Numbered from the stretch's first letter, positions 1-12,470 are shown. The stretch is DNA of 64,000 nucleotides from an uncultured Phycisphaerales bacterium (GCA_963772725.1 CAVYYI010000003.1:96001-160000); one strand, 5' to 3'. The notes: generated from the sequence alone by a model not told the origin. Program-made: numbers and translations.

Positions 1-183
1 CTCCCTCCGTTTTGCAACTCATTCTGTATGGGGCAATCGGCGTCTGGTCAAAAGGAATACCCTGTTCCCATGTCAGAGGAAAGTTTTTGACGAAAATAAT
101 TGCTATTTGGGCAAAGGTATGATAGGCTATTTTAATTAACCGATGGTCGGTTGTGAGCTTAAAAATCAAAGTTTAACAAAAAA

Positions 184-855
184 ATGGGGGACAAAATGAA
201 AAAACTGCTAATAACAATATCATTATTTGTTCTGACAGCATCTTTAGCGATAGGGGCTGAAACGGGGAAAAAGGCCGGTGACCCAAACAGGCCGAAAAGA
301 GCGGCTGACGCAATGAAGAAAATTGCAGAGCCGAATAAGGCGCCTGATTTTACGCTGACGGATTGTAACAGCCAAAAAGTCAGTTTTTCAGATTACAAGG
401 GCAAAATAGTCGTCCTTGAATGGCTCAATCCGGCCTGTCCATTTGTGAAGTATCATTACGACAAGGCCGGCACAATGACAAGGCTTGCAAAAAAATGGGC
501 AGATAAAAATGTTGTATGGCTTGCGATAGACAGCACGAACGCTCAGAAAACCGAAGACAACCAGAAGTTCGCCAGTGAGCATAAGCTGCGCTTACCCGAT
601 ACTTGAAACCGCGCGGGCCGCATTGGCAGAATATATGGAGCGACGAACACGCCGGATATGTACGTGATAGACAAGGACCGGAATATTGTGTACAGAGGCG
701 CGATTGACAACGCTCCGATGGGCAAAATCAGTGACCCGAACGAGAAAGCTGTTATTAACTACGTTGATAAGGCGCTGACGGAACTTACCGCTGACCGAAA
801 GGTCTCTACTCCCAGGACGAAACCTTACGGCTGCACGGTAAAATACGCAAAATAG
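184..855 (+). CDS. Secreted thioredoxin-fold redoxin (AhpC/TSA-like), interrupted by an apparent local indel pair
   Basis: Signal peptide, APDFTL...VVLEWLNPACPFV. ORFs 184-606 and 658-855 are in the same frame, linked by GRIGRIYGATNTPDMY, and end in the typical YRGAIDN...TKPYGCTVKY. Confidence 0.85.
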
Positions 856-946
856 CCGTTAGCCGGTTTGAAGGTTGAATGCGGTGAGGTAAAAACCCCA
901 CCATACGAGGCTTCGGTGAAGTTGCGAAATCAGATGTTACCAAATA

Positions 947-3900
947 CTACTTTATATCCGCATGGTATTTCTGAAGCGACTTAATCTGGCTTGCGTTTTT
1001 CTAACGCGCAGCAATTCCTTTTACCGCTGCCGTTGCCGCCGCTGTAGTGGTAATATATGGAATGCTGTATTTGATAGCTGCCTTGCGAATATATGAGTCA
1101 TCATGCTTGCTGACTTTTCCAGCAGGCGTATTGATAACAAGCTGAATCTCGGCATTCTTAATCGCATCCACAATATTAGGCCTGCCCTCATGCATTTTCA
1201 GCAGAAGCTCCGTCCGAATGCCTTTTTCGCTAAGGTATTGCTGTGTTCCCGCAGTGGTTTTAATCTTGAAGCCAAGCTTGGCGAAATTTCTTGCCGTCTC
1301 GACAATTGATGCTTTATCTCTATCGCTGACCGTTATCAGAACGCTTCCTTTAAGAGGAAGCGGCTGCTGCGTGGCCTCCTGTGCCTTGAAATACGCCATC
1401 CCGAACGAATCGGCTATCCCCAATACCTCTCCTGTGGAGCGCATTTCAGGGCCGAGTATGGGGTCAACTTCCTGAAACATATTAAACGGAAAAACAGCTT
1501 CTTTTACACCAACGTGCGTAATCTTTTTATGATGTAATTTAAGCTCCGCAAGTTTCTTTCCAACTATAACCTGAGTTGCCAGCCGGGCCATCGGTATATT
1601 GCATACCTTCGAGACCAGAGGAACTGTTCGCGACGCACGCGGATTGGCCTCAAGAACGTACACCATATCATTGCATATAGCATACTGCATATTCATCAGG
1701 CCGACAACCTTCAATTCTATCGCTATTTTCTTTGTATAATCGCAAATCGTTTTGATGTGCTTGTCGGGAATTGACATCGGCGGTATTACGCATGCTGAAT
1801 CGCCGGAATGAATACCAGCCAGTTCAATATGCTCCATTACAGCAGGTACAAAAGCGTCTGTGCCGTCCGCGATTGCGTCTGCCTCGGCCTCAATGGCATT
1901 GTCCAAAAATTTGTCTATCAGAATCGGTCTTTCGGGAGTAACATCAACCGCTGCAGCGACATAGTGCCGCAACATTTCTTCATCGTGAACAACCTCCATC
2001 CCCCGGCCTCCAAGGACGTACGAAGGGCGAACCATCAACGGATAACCTATCTTTTTCGCAATAGATAACGCCTCATCAAGATTGCATGCCATACCTGATT
2101 GCGGCATAGGTATATTAAGTTTTTCCATTATTTTACGGAATCTGTCACGGTCTTCCGCAAGGTCTATCGCATCAGATGATGTCCCTAATATTTTGACGCC
2201 CGCTCTTGTCAGTTCGCCTGCGATATTCAGGGGCGTTTGCCCTCCGAACTGCGCGATGACACCTAAGGGCTTTTCCTTTTCATAAATGCTCAGCACATCT
2301 TCGACAGTCAGCGGTTCAAAGTAAAGCTTGTTGGAAGTATCGTAATCTGTTGACACGGTCTCAGGATTGCAGTTGACCATGATAGATTCAATGCCCTCGT
2401 CGCGGAGAGCGAAGGCAGCGTGAACGCAGCAATAATCAAATTCTATTCCCTGGCCTATTCGGTTTGGCCCGCCGCCAAGAACCATAATTTTCTTTTTATT
2501 CGATATCCCAACCTTATCCGGCGCATTGTAGGTTGAAAAATAATATGCCGCGTTTTCCACACCGCTTACAGGTACCGGCTCCCAACCCTCGACAACGCCA
2601 AGTGAAATACGCTTCTGACGGATTTTATCTTCAGCAACTCCGAGCAGTTTTGCCAGGTATTTATCCGCGAAACCATCTTTCTTGGCCTGTATAAGCAACT
2701 TATCCGGCAGTTCTTTACCTTTGTATTTTAAAATCTTCTCTTCAAGTTCAACAAGTTCCTTCATCTGTTCTATAAACCATGTTTTGATGAATGTCTTTTC
2801 ATAAAGGCACTGAATATCGGCGCCTTTTCGAATCGCCTCATACATTATAAACTGCCTCTCGCTCGTGGGATTGCTCAAAAGACGCATTAATTCCTCAAGG
2901 GAAAGCTTGTTGAAATTCTTAGCAAATCCAAGGCCGTATCTGCCGTTTTCCAGCGAACGAATCGCTTTCTGGAAAGCCTCTTTATAGTTTTTGCCGATGC
3001 TCATTACCTCGCCCACAGCCCGCATCTGAGTTCCCAGTTTGTCCTCGACGCCTTTGAATTTTTCAAATGCCCATCGCGCAAACTTGACTACTACGTAATC
3101 GCCGGATGGTGTATATTTTTCGAGCGTACCATCTCTCCAGTACGGTATTTCATCGAGTGTCAGTCCCGCCGCCAGCATTGAGGAAATAAGCGCTATGGGA
3201 AAACCAGTCGCTTTCGATGCTAATGCCGATGAACGTGATGTTCGCGGATTAATCTCGATCACGACAACTCTGCCGGTTTTAGGGTCGTGAGCAAATTGTA
3301 TGTTTGTCCCGCCGATAACTTCGATAGCGTCGACTATGTCGTAAGAATACTTTTGAAGCTGCTGCTGGAACTCTTTTGATATTGTAAGCATAGGTGCGGT
3401 GCAGTACGAATCACCGGTATGCACTCCCATCGCATCGACATTTTCAATGAAGCATACAGTTATCTTCTGCCCTTTTGCGTCACGAACCACTTCCAGTTCC
3501 AGTTCCTCCCAACCAAGAACGCTTTCTTCGATAAGTATCTGATGGATAAGACTTGCAGCCAGTCCTCTGCTTGCGACTACCTGGAGTTCTTCTACGTTAT
3601 AGACAAGGCCGCCGCCTGTTACCACCCATCGTGTAAGCCGGTCTTACCACAACAGGATAACCAAGCTCATCCGCGATTTTTTCGGCTTCTTCAACAGTAA
3701 AGGCGGGTTTGCTTTTCGGCATATCAATGCCCAGTTTGCTCATGGTTTCCTTGAAAATAACGCGGTCTTCGCCTCGTTCTATCGCGTCAATCTGGACTCC
3801 AATAACCTTGACATTGTATTTATCGAATACACCTGCTTTGTGCAGTTCCGATGCGAGATTCAATCCGCTTTGACCTCCGAGATTGGGCAATAATGCATCA

Positions 3901-4148
3901 GGTCTTTCCTTTTCGATTATCTTCGTCATTGTTTCAAGATTAAGCGGCTCAATGTAAGTTACATCCGCCATCCCGGGGTCGGTCATTATTGTGGCGGGAT
4001 TGGAATTGACAAGGACTATCTGATAACCCAGCTTTCGAAGCGCCTTGCACGCCTGTGTGCCGGAGTAATCAAATTCACAGGCCTGACCAATTACAATTGG
4101 ACCGGAACCAATAATCATTATTTTTTTTATATCTTTTCGTTTCGGCAC
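947..4148 (-). CDS. carB: Carbamoyl-phosphate synthase large subunit (frameshift near 3620, in-frame TAG at 1001)
   Basis: [30 protein letters not shown] start, two ATP-grasp domains and MGS domain. The conserved tail IKSLQKYH continues past the TAG to 947. Confidence 0.97.
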
Positions 4149-4201
4149 GTCAAAACCTCCTGTTTTGAATAATATTTCCTGATTCTGATAAAATCTGAAG
4201 A

Positions 4202-4230
4202 ATTAGACAATAAATAAAACCGCTTGTCAA
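4202..4230 (-). promoter_or_regulatory. Putative sigma70 promoter for carB
   Basis: Minus strand TTGACA-17 nt-TCTAAT about 55 nt upstream of the start. Confidence 0.5.
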
Positions 4231-4568
4231 ATAAGAAAAATCAATACCAGGACGAGAAACCAAAGAAAAATTATTATCTGTCCGGTTAAAAAAACTCAGA
4301 AAATAGTTTACTTTTGGTCGCGAAACAAAATTTCAGCGGGAATAACCTGCTTTTTGATTCCCGGGCCTTCGTAGAAAGCGGTAAAACCAAACCTATGACT
4401 GGTGAAGATACATTAGTACTTACAACTCTTTTCTTGAAGAAAAGCAATAGTGATTAAAAGTTTATCTTTATTAGCATTAGCGATGATTCTAATTGATTAT
4501 TTCCTGCAAAATTGTTAACCTAACCGCTGTGAGGCAAAAAACACTTGAAAAATTAAAGGGAAAATAAG

Positions 4569-5255
4569 ATGGCGGAGCAGAAAAAAAATAACTGGGTAGG
4601 GATGGGAATAATCGCTATTTTAATTGTATTGGTAATCTGGATTATTATGAGGCCGTCAAGGCCTGCGCCTACGATAAAACCCGCCCCAGGAATCTCCGTA
4701 TCCAACAATCAGACCAAAGACACTAACGAACCGGCAAAACCTCAAAGCGAGCAAACTAAAATACAAGGCCCGAAACTCTCTTCGCAATTGTCCGAAATAA
4801 TTAAAAATGCCGCGGCTTTTAAGTCCTGGTATGGTAAAACTGCACCAGATTTCACCCTAACCGATATCACTGGCAAAGAGCATAAATTAAGTGCTTACCG
4901 AGGCAAAAATGTTATGCTCGTCTTCTGGGCAACCTGGTGTCCGCCTTGCAAAATGGAGGTGCCGCATATTATCGCCCTGCGAAATATTATCCCCGAAGAC
5001 AAACTCGCCATACTGGCGATATCGTATATAGAGCCGAACAACACAATAGAGATGATTAAGGCCTTTGTCGCCGCCAATAATCGCTTCAACTATACGGTAA
5101 TCGCGGCAGACGGGAAAAAAATGCCCGACCCTTATAACAAAATAGAATCAATTCCGTGCAGTTTCTTTATCGACCCACAGGGCAAAATTAAACTCGCCAC
5201 TGAAGGAGCGTTAAATATCGGCGTTATGAGGGCCATAATTCAGGCTGAAAATTAA
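4569..5255 (+). CDS. Membrane-anchored TlpA/ResA-family thiol-disulfide oxidoreductase
   Basis: N-terminal TM helix, FWATWCPPC active-site motif, cis-Pro region SIPCSFFID. Confidence 0.9.
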   Translation: MAEQKKNNWVGMGIIAILIVLVIWIIMRPSRPAPTIKPAPGISVSNNQTKDTNEPAKPQSEQTKIQGPKLSSQLSEIIKNAAAFKSWYGKTAPDFTLTDITGKEHKLSAYRGKNVMLVFWATWCPPCKMEVPHIIALRNIIPEDKLAILAISYIEPNNTIEMIKAFVAANNRFNYTVIAADGKKMPDPYNKIESIPCSFFIDPQGKIKLATEGALNIGVMRAIIQAEN

Positions 5256-5272
5256 TCCACTGCCGCCGGGAG

Positions 5273-5626
5273 TTAAAAGTAGAAATTGTCTTTGAAAGCG
5301 GTCTTGAAATCACAGACGTTGTCAAAGTCTTCTATGGTGTCGCTCGGCTGAGCGCTCATCCATTTATGCTCTATCATCCGATAAACAATTTCACCGAAAT
5401 CTCGCGTTGTTTTAATATTCCATGTATTCAAAACCAGCATCGCAAGCACCCCCCATTTTTCGGCAGCCAGTTTAATTAATCCTTCGCAGAGTACCTGCCC
5501 GGTAACATGGCCTGGTTCAGTCATAAGTTTTTTCGCCGTGTAACCCAAACCTTCATAAACAAATCTAAAGGCCGCCGGACTGTATCGCCCGTCCCTAAGA
5601 GCTATTGTGTCAAGATTTTCTTTCAT
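5273..5626 (-). CDS. Conserved PVC-group hypothetical protein (Minf_1886-like)
   Basis: RYSPAAFRFVYEGL...HVTGQVLC...WNIKTTRDFGEIVY...DTIEDF signature, recognised from memory. Confidence 0.75.
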   Translation of the reverse strand: MKENLDTIALRDGRYSPAAFRFVYEGLGYTAKKLMTEPGHVTGQVLCEGLIKLAAEKWGVLAMLVLNTWNIKTTRDFGEIVYRMIEHKWMSAQPSDTIEDFDNVCDFKTAFKDNFYF

Positions 5627-5633
5627 AATAATA

Positions 5634-7653
5634 TCAATGTACTGTCTGGCCTGGTTTTGCGCCGCTGTCGGCGGTGAGCATAAAAATATCCTTTTCGCCC
5701 GGCCCGGAGGCCAGAATCATACCTTCTGAAAGGCCGAATTTCATCTTCCGCGGCTTGAGATTCGCAAGGCATACCACAATTTTGCCATTGAGGTCTTCGG
5801 GCTTGTACGCCTTGGCTATCCCTGCGAAAACGCTTTTTTCCATTCCGCCCAAATCAAGCTGGAGGTGCAGAAGTTTATCGGCGCCTGGTACTGCCTCAGC
5901 TTTTAAGACTTTGGCTATCCTTAAATCCATCTTGGCAAAATCTTCTATTGTGCATTCCGGCTTTAGCGGCTCGAACGGCTCCGCAGGAGTGGCCGAAAAT
6001 TCCGCCGCCACAGGAGCCTGTGTAACTTTACTTTCATCAACCATAGCATCTACCTTTTCTTTTTCAATTCTGTCGATCAAACGTTCAAAACCGTTTATTT
6101 TATGGTCATGCATAAGCTTATCAATATCCGCGAAACTCAGATTATTAACATTGAGCAGTTTCTCAATTTTTTCCGCATACCTCGGCAAAACCGGCTTAAG
6201 ATAAATCGTCAGGATTCGCACCGCGTTGATTATCGCACTTAACACGGTCTGCGTTTTCTGCGGGTCTGTCTTAATCGTCGCCCAGGGCTGATTCTGCTCA
6301 ACATAGCGATTCGCGTCATCAGCCAGTGCGGTTATCAATCGTACTGCCGCAGCGTAATTCAGCTCCTCGTAAAACTCGCAAATCTGTTCTTTAGCGGAAA
6401 CCAACTTTTCAAGAAGCTCCCTGCCGGTGTGGTCTAAATAGCCGATTTGGCCGTCAAAACTCTTTGAAAGCATCGGCGCCGAACGAGACGCAAGATTTGC
6501 CAGTTTGCCGACAAGCTCGGAATTGACCCTGCTTGCAAAATCATCGAGGTTCAAATCGATGTCTTCAACTCCACCCGTCAGTTTGCTTGCGTAATAATAC
6601 CTGAGATATTCCGGGTCGAGATATTTAAGATATGTCGCCGCCTTAATAAATGTCCCTCGCGATTTGCTCATCTTCTGCCCATTCACCGTCAAAAAACCGT
6701 GGACAAACAGTTTATTGGCGGGTCTGAAACCCGAACCCATCAGCATCGCCGGGAAAAACAGGGCGTGGAAATACATAATGTCCTTGCCGATGAAAGTGGT
6801 AAAGTTCGTACTCGCCGCTGTTCCAGAGTTTGTCAAAATCAAGACTGTTCCTGTCGCAGTAATTTTTTGCCGACGCCATATAACCGATAGGCGCATCGAG
6901 CCAGACATAAAAGTATTTATTTTCTTCGCCCGGAATTTTAAAACCGAAATAAGGTCCGTCTCTTGATATATCCCAGTCTTTCAGCCCCGAACTGAACCAT
7001 TCATCGAGTTTGTTCGCGATGGATTTCTGCGTATAGCCTTTTTCTATCAGCTCCTTAAGCTGTTTTTCGTAATCTACCAGCTTGAAGAAATAATGTTCGC
7101 TCTGTTTATGAACCGGCGGTGTGCCGCAATTTGCGCAGTGCGGATTAATTAATTCGGTCGGCTGATGCGTGCTGCCGCACTTCTCGCAGGAGTCGCCATA
7201 CTGGTCTTCCGCCTTACATTTGGGACATGTGCCGCGAATATACCTGTCGGGCAGAAACATATTGCAGCTTTCGCAGTATGCCTGCTCGATAGTTTTTTTG
7301 ACAATTGCCCCTGCCTTATTGAGCCGATTAAAAATCAGTTCGCTGAAAACGCGGTTCTCCGGCGAATGCGTCGAATAATAATTGCTGAACTCAATTAAAA
7401 AACCGTCGAAATCCTTCTTATGCTCTTTGTGAACGCGCTCTATGAGTTTCTCCGGGGCGATGTTCTCGTTGCGGGCGCTTATCATAACGGGTGTGCCGTG
7501 CGTATCATCGGCGCAAAAATACAGACACTCGTTGCCGCACATTCTCTGAAAACGTATCCAAATATCGGTTTGAAGATATTCGACCAGATGGCCGATATGA
7601 ATCGGCCCGTTGGCATAAGGCAATGCCGATGTTACCACAATCTTTCGATGCAT
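5634..7653 (-). CDS. metG: Methionyl-tRNA synthetase with C-terminal tRNA-binding domain (frameshift near 6800)
   Basis: [15 protein letters not shown], Zn-knuckle CxxC motifs, [16 protein letters not shown]-terminal OB domain [15 protein letters not shown]. Confidence 0.97.
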
Positions 7654-7670
7654 AAATTCCCTTTATATAG

Positions 7671-8643
7671 CTATTGCTGCATTTTTTCGCCGTTTTGCTC
7701 TTCGCTTTCCGGATTTTCGTTTTTCCTGCTTTCGGTGGTCGACTGACCGAGAATCTCTAACTCATCGACGGGAACCGCCGCTTTATTGCCGTCCTCATAT
7801 TCCACAATCACAAGCTGAGAAAGTATTTGACCGTCCAGAACCCTGCCTTTACCCTGCGATGTTTTTATCAGCGTGTTCTTATGCGGCAAACGTCTGCTTT
7901 AACTCCGTATAAGTCAAATCCTCATATCGCAGGCAGCATTTCAGCCTCCCGCAGTAGCCCGAAATCTTAGCCGGGTCCAGCGTAGCCTTTTGCATCTTCG
8001 CCATCCGCATATTTACAGGATTCAAAGCCTTGAGAAATCTTATGCAGCAACACTCCTGCCCGCACGACTCCAAATCGCCGAGCAGTTTGGCCTCATCACG
8101 CGAACCGATTTGATGCATCTCTATTCTCGACTGATACTCGTGCGCAAGCCTTTTTACAAGCTCGCGAAAATCCACCCGCGTTTCCGCCATAAAATAGAAA
8201 ATTATCCGCTCTCCCCCGAGTATGTGGTCCGCATCAACAATCTTCATCGGCAGATTCATCTCAGCAGCCAGCTTTTTGCAGTACTCCATCTCATCCTCTG
8301 CGATTTTGCGAAGATGTTTCGCTTCACGGATATCAGCCGCTGTCGCAAGACGAATAACACTGCCTTTTGAGTCGTCGGTAAATTCTATCTGGCTGCTGTC
8401 GAAATATTTTTTTACCTGGCCCTTACTCAGCTTGAATTGCCCGATTTTGCAGGCCGCCAATTGCCCCACAATATCACCCAGCTCCTGCCCGCGGTCGGTC
8501 TTGACCACTACCCGGCAGGGAACCTTCGGTATATTGCTTTGCTCATGCTCAAAAAAACCCAGTTCGTTCATTCGCCCGTAACGAACCAGCACGTACTTTT
8601 TACTTTTATCCTGCTTTATAGCAGGGGAAATCTCTTCCGGCAT
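7671..8643 (-). CDS. ricT: PSP1-domain / RicT (YaaT) family protein (frameshift near 7890)
   Basis: RVDFRELVK...QIGSRDEAK...CGQECCC...KISGYCGRLKCCLRYE; conserved position between holB and metG. Confidence 0.9.
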
Positions 8644-8675
8644 TCAAATCACCTGTTTTAACCAAAATCGGATAA

Positions 8676-9794
8676 CTACATCTTTACCGCTATTTTACCA
8701 GAAATGTTCAGGTTTAACAATAGCCGCTCGAAAATAAGCTTATCGTTAACGCTTGAATCTATCCATTGCGTCGCCTGTGAAACTGCGTTTATCTGCTCAG
8801 CGGCCTTTTCAACATCAAACTGCTCCGCAAGTTTTTTTATCTGACCTGGCTGGTCAAAATTTATTATTTCCGCGTTTTCGTCAAGATTAAGCCTCATCGC
8901 ATCGCTCAAAGCGGAGATTATTATTTGAATTACGGTCTTTTGCGCCCTGCGGTTTACGTCAGTTTTGCTTGTGTTCGCCGCTAATTTTACCCAAACCTCA
9001 GCTACAGCCTTAGTTTCCGCGAGAAACTTTTTCGCAAGTTCGAGACTTTCGGAAAATTTGTATGACGAAATACACTCAATAACATTTTTCTTCAGTTCAT
9101 AAAGATTTGCACCCTCCAATTCAAGTTGCCCCCACTGACACGCCTGCCCCAGGCTCCCCTGCGAAAGCCTCGCGAAATACTTCGCCACAGTCTCGCTAAG
9201 CCCCATCTCATGAAGTTTTCCAATTATCCTGTCCTGCGTGACAGGCGAAAAACGAATTACCTGGCATCGTGATTTCGTTGTCGGCAACAGCTTTTCTATC
9301 CCCGTACACAACAGAACAATAAAACAATAATCCGGCGGCTCCTCCAGCGTCTTCAAAATCGCATTCTGCGAAGCGTCATTAAGTTTTTCCGCCTCGCTGA
9401 TAATAAAAACCTTCCGCCTGCTCAGCGTGGGCTTCTGCGAAACCTTCGCAATCAAAAATTCCCTGATAACATCTATCGGAATCTCTACCGGCGTCGTTTT
9501 ATTTTTCCCTTCTTTAGTGTACTGCAACAGTTCCTTATAAATATGATTAAAATCAGGATGCGAACCAGCCTCGAACAATCGGCACGATTCACACTGCCCG
9601 CAACTGTCAATAATTCCGTCCTGATTAACAAGCTCTTTGCAGAGCAGAACTTTAGCCCATTGCGTTGCCGTCTTAAATTTGCCGACTCCGTCCCTGCCGG
9701 CGAAAATATAAGCATGTGCCAGCCTCTGCGAGGCAAACGCTCTTTCCAAAACCCCTATCGCTTTATCCTGACAATATATTTCTTTTAATGACAT
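8676..9794 (-). CDS. holB: DNA polymerase III delta-prime subunit
   Basis: HAYIFAG..GVGK, Zn module CGQCESC, HPD, NAILKTLEEPP, SRC; downstream of tmk. Confidence 0.93.
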   Translation of the reverse strand: MSLKEIYCQDKAIGVLERAFASQRLAHAYIFAGRDGVGKFKTATQWAKVLLCKELVNQDGIIDSCGQCESCRLFEAGSHPDFNHIYKELLQYTKEGKNKTTPVEIPIDVIREFLIAKVSQKPTLSRRKVFIISEAEKLNDASQNAILKTLEEPPDYCFIVLLCTGIEKLLPTTKSRCQVIRFSPVTQDRIIGKLHEMGLSETVAKYFARLSQGSLGQACQWGQLELEGANLYELKKNVIECISSYKFSESLELAKKFLAETKAVAEVWVKLAANTSKTDVNRRAQKTVIQIIISALSDAMRLNLDENAEIINFDQPGQIKKLAEQFDVEKAAEQINAVSQATQWIDSSVNDKLIFERLLLNLNISGKIAVKM

Positions 9795-9810
9795 CTTTTT
9801 ATTTTTCTTC

Positions 9811-9846
9811 TATTTTAATTTGTTTTGTGCTTCAGAATTAGTGCTT
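9811..9846 (-). repeat. Dispersed intergenic repeat, copy 1
   Basis: Reverse complement AAGCACTAATTCTGAAGCACAAAACAAATTAAAATA matches 15255-15290 at 31/36 positions. Confidence 0.7.
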
Positions 9847-9849
9847 TCT

Positions 9850-10482
9850 TTACACCTCAGCAATCGCATTCATAATTATTTTATGTACTGTCTCAATTTC
9901 TTCCGCGGCGTTGACGACAACAAATCCGTCGCGGTCTTTGGCCAGAGCCAGAAATCCCTGCCGAACCTTCTCATGATACTCATCGCCCTTCTGCTCCATT
10001 CTATCCAACTGAGGTTTCAGCCTCGGCCTCGCCGCCGCAAGGTCAACATCGAGTATAATCGTCAAATCAGGCCAAACCCGCTCAAGACTGCTCGCCGCCA
10101 GCTTAATAACATTATCAATCCCAAACCCGCCCGCATAACCCTGATACGCACAGGTACTGGACAGCCAGCGGTCAAGAATAACGCATTTCTTCCGCAATAG
10201 CGCCGGTTTGATTTTCTCTTCCCAAAGCTGCGCCCGCGCGGCCATATAAAGCAAAAGCTCCGTCTGCGTACTCATTACGTTATGCTCCGGGTTGAGCAGG
10301 ATATGCCTTATCTTCTCACCGATAGCAGTCGTTCCGGGGTCGCGAAACATTTCCGTCTCTACGTCCATTTCTTCAAGCCGGCTCATAACAAGTTTAGCCT
10401 GCGTACTTTTCCCGCACCCGTCCGGCCCGTCCAGAACGATAAATTTCGACTCCAATCTGCTTTTCAAATCAGTCCGTGCCAA
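9850..10482 (-). CDS. tmk: Thymidylate kinase
   Basis: FIVLDGPDGCGKSTQ P-loop, DRW.SSTCAYQG, PDLTIILDV. Confidence 0.95.
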   Translation of the reverse strand: MARTDLKSRLESKFIVLDGPDGCGKSTQAKLVMSRLEEMDVETEMFRDPGTTAIGEKIRHILLNPEHNVMSTQTELLLYMAARAQLWEEKIKPALLRKKCVILDRWLSSTCAYQGYAGGFGIDNVIKLAASSLERVWPDLTIILDVDLAAARPRLKPQLDRMEQKGDEYHEKVRQGFLALAKDRDGFVVVNAAEEIETVHKIIMNAIAEV

Positions 10483-10526
10483 CGATATCCCTTTCCAAAA
10501 CGGTAAAATTTACTGAGGTTTTCAAT

Positions 10527-10555
10527 AATTTAGGCCATAGCGATATGACTGTCAA
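10527..10555 (-). promoter_or_regulatory. Putative sigma70 promoter for the tmk operon
   Basis: Minus strand TTGACA-17 nt-TAAATT. Confidence 0.5.
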
Positions 10556-10638
10556 CTTAAAAGGCGAATCGCCAAAAGGTTGCCGCATTTGTCTTGTGTC
10601 CGGTATCTTTAGGACGCGGATTTGTAAAGAGCGGCGAG

Positions 10639-11193
10639 TTATTTGTTTTTTTGGAGCATTTGGGACTGGAACTGGATGAGTTCATCCGCGGAGATTTTGA
10701 CTTCCCTTAAATCGCCGAAAATTACACCATAGTTGCCGTCTTCATCTTTCCATTGCATAAGAATAGCGTTAGGGTCGCCAATTTTGATATTATCACCGTA
10801 ATAAGAGACGGGAACACCGTGGGAAGCCATAGCGGTGTAACGTGATTTAACCACGGTTAGGTCAATGTTGCGGTTTTTCGTAAAGCCAGAGATGCAATAT
10901 TCAAAGACAATCCTTGCATCCTGATACAGACCGCCATCAAACGACTGGCCCCTGAAGAAATGCGCAAAGAGAAGCATTGTTACGATGATAGCGGCGGCAG
11001 CAGCGATTTTGCTGACACGCAAATCAATAATTATATTGATGGTATTCAGGCCGTGATGACCGACATGGAGTCTTTGGGGAATATTGTGCTTAATTTCATC
11101 GGCGAGGCTGTCACGAACGGGTTCGGATGTCGTCTCGGCAAGAGGACTGAGCATCTTTTCAAGTTTATCTTTTTCCATATCCATTTTTGACAC
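10639..11193 (-). CDS. Putative membrane anti-sigma factor
   Basis: Overlaps the end of the ECF sigma; short N-terminal cytoplasmic part, single TM helix (IAAAAAIIVTMLLF), periplasmic domain. Confidence 0.6.
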   Translation of the reverse strand: MSKMDMEKDKLEKMLSPLAETTSEPVRDSLADEIKHNIPQRLHVGHHGLNTINIIIDLRVSKIAAAAAIIVTMLLFAHFFRGQSFDGGLYQDARIVFEYCISGFTKNRNIDLTVVKSRYTAMASHGVPVSYYGDNIKIGDPNAILMQWKDEDGNYGVIFGDLREVKISADELIQFQSQMLQKNK

Positions 11194-11750
11194 CTGTGTT
11201 TTCAGCCATTTCTTTTCTTAAAGTTTCCAGTGCCCTGTTAAGCCGGCTCTTAAATGTCCCCTGCCTTACACCGGCAGCACCGGCGGCGTCGGCTATATTG
11301 AGGTTCTGCAAATAATGCAAAACAATCGTTTCCTTCAATTTCCGTTCCAATCGTTTCACCGCACCGTTGAGGCGCTTCAAGGTCTTCATTTTTCTCTGCC
11401 ATACCCGCGGCGGCGCCTGCCGGTAAATCTAATTCGTCGATATTAACCGTACCGTGACCTTTACGTTTTCGCCAATATTGCTTCGAGACATTACTGGCGA
11501 TATTATAAATCCACGCACTTAATGCATCACCATTTCTCAGCCGCGAGGCGTTACTCCAAATATCGAGAAAGCACTCCTGTGTAAGCTCTTCACTGATACT
11601 ATGGCTGTGTCCGAGCCTTCTCATATACAGATATATCTGCCGGTAGTATAAATCGACGACCTCGCTGGCGGCGGCAACATCACCGGCTTTCAACCGTGAC
11701 CCAAGCAATGCCAGCTTATCTTTCAGGCTATCTTCCATTGATTCAACCAT
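11165..11750 (-). CDS. ECF RNA polymerase sigma factor (frameshift near 11385)
   Basis: Region 2 (EELTQECFLDIW...AWIYNIASN) and region 4 (IVLHYLQNLNIADAA...GTFKSRLNRA) in two overlapping ORFs. Confidence 0.9.
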
Positions 11751-11765
11751 CAGAACTATTGTTTA

Positions 11766-11792
11766 AGATGCGCAAAGTACGGCATCTGTTCC
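11766..11792 (-). promoter_or_regulatory. Putative ECF-type autoregulatory promoter
   Basis: Minus strand GGAAC-17 nt-CATCT immediately upstream of the ECF gene. Confidence 0.5.
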
Positions 11793-11949
11793 ATAAATTT
11801 TAAAATTTTTAAAAAAATTTATCTTTACCTTACAATATTATACAAAAATCCCGCCGTTTATAGCATTAAAAAAAGGGAAATGTAAGTTTTTGAGGTTAAA
11901 AATGCGACTTTCGAGGCAAACCGAGGGTTTGAGTGAATATTACGAAATT

Positions 11950-12457
11950 TTAATTGAGGCTTCTGCGGACGGTTGCGGCGGCGGAGAGGGTCTTCCTGCA
12001 TGCCACCGTTGGTTACAGTGATAACAATCTGGACATTTTTTACGTATGTTATAGCGCCTTCGGAGACTATTTCCTTTTGGAAATTCATAGAAGTAACATT
12101 GCCGCAGAGGGTGTAATCGGTGTCGGAGAGATTGCTGTTTGTAATGAGGTAAAGTTTTTTGTCGGTGCTGCTGTAACGATATGTAATGTCATCGCCGTCG
12201 GCGGTAATCATCGTACATTCATTGACCGGAGCGGCGGGGTCAACGGCCTGGGCGGTACGCAGTTGAGTTGTTAATCGAACCAGGGCCTGGCGGGCGGAAT
12301 TTATGGATTTGAAAATGTTCTCATTCTGCTCACAATTTATGACAGAGGCATTGAACGCGACGGCGACAGCGGCCAGAAGCACCGCGGTTATGGCCAAACC
12401 AATGAGCAGTTCGACCATCGTAAAAGCGCCTGATTTTTTATTTATCTTTATCAACAT
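11950..12457 (-). CDS. Prepilin-type protein (minor pilin/pseudopilin); 3' end probably frameshifted
   Basis: GAFTMVELLIGLAI class III signal peptide. Confidence 0.85.
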
Positions 12458-12470
12458 AACTATATGCCTT

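Noticed and set aside
590..615. In-frame TGA in the redoxin as possible selenocysteine
   Set aside because: It is far from the active-site Cys, and the expected YPIL motif appears in the shifted frame, indicating two compensating indels.
947..1003. In-frame TAG in carB before the conserved IKSLQKYH tail (and another TAG in the PKS fragment), suggesting amber recoding
   Set aside because: Many intact genes here end at TAG at their expected C-termini (holB, pilO, pheA, rplC). A base error or a real nonsense change is simpler.
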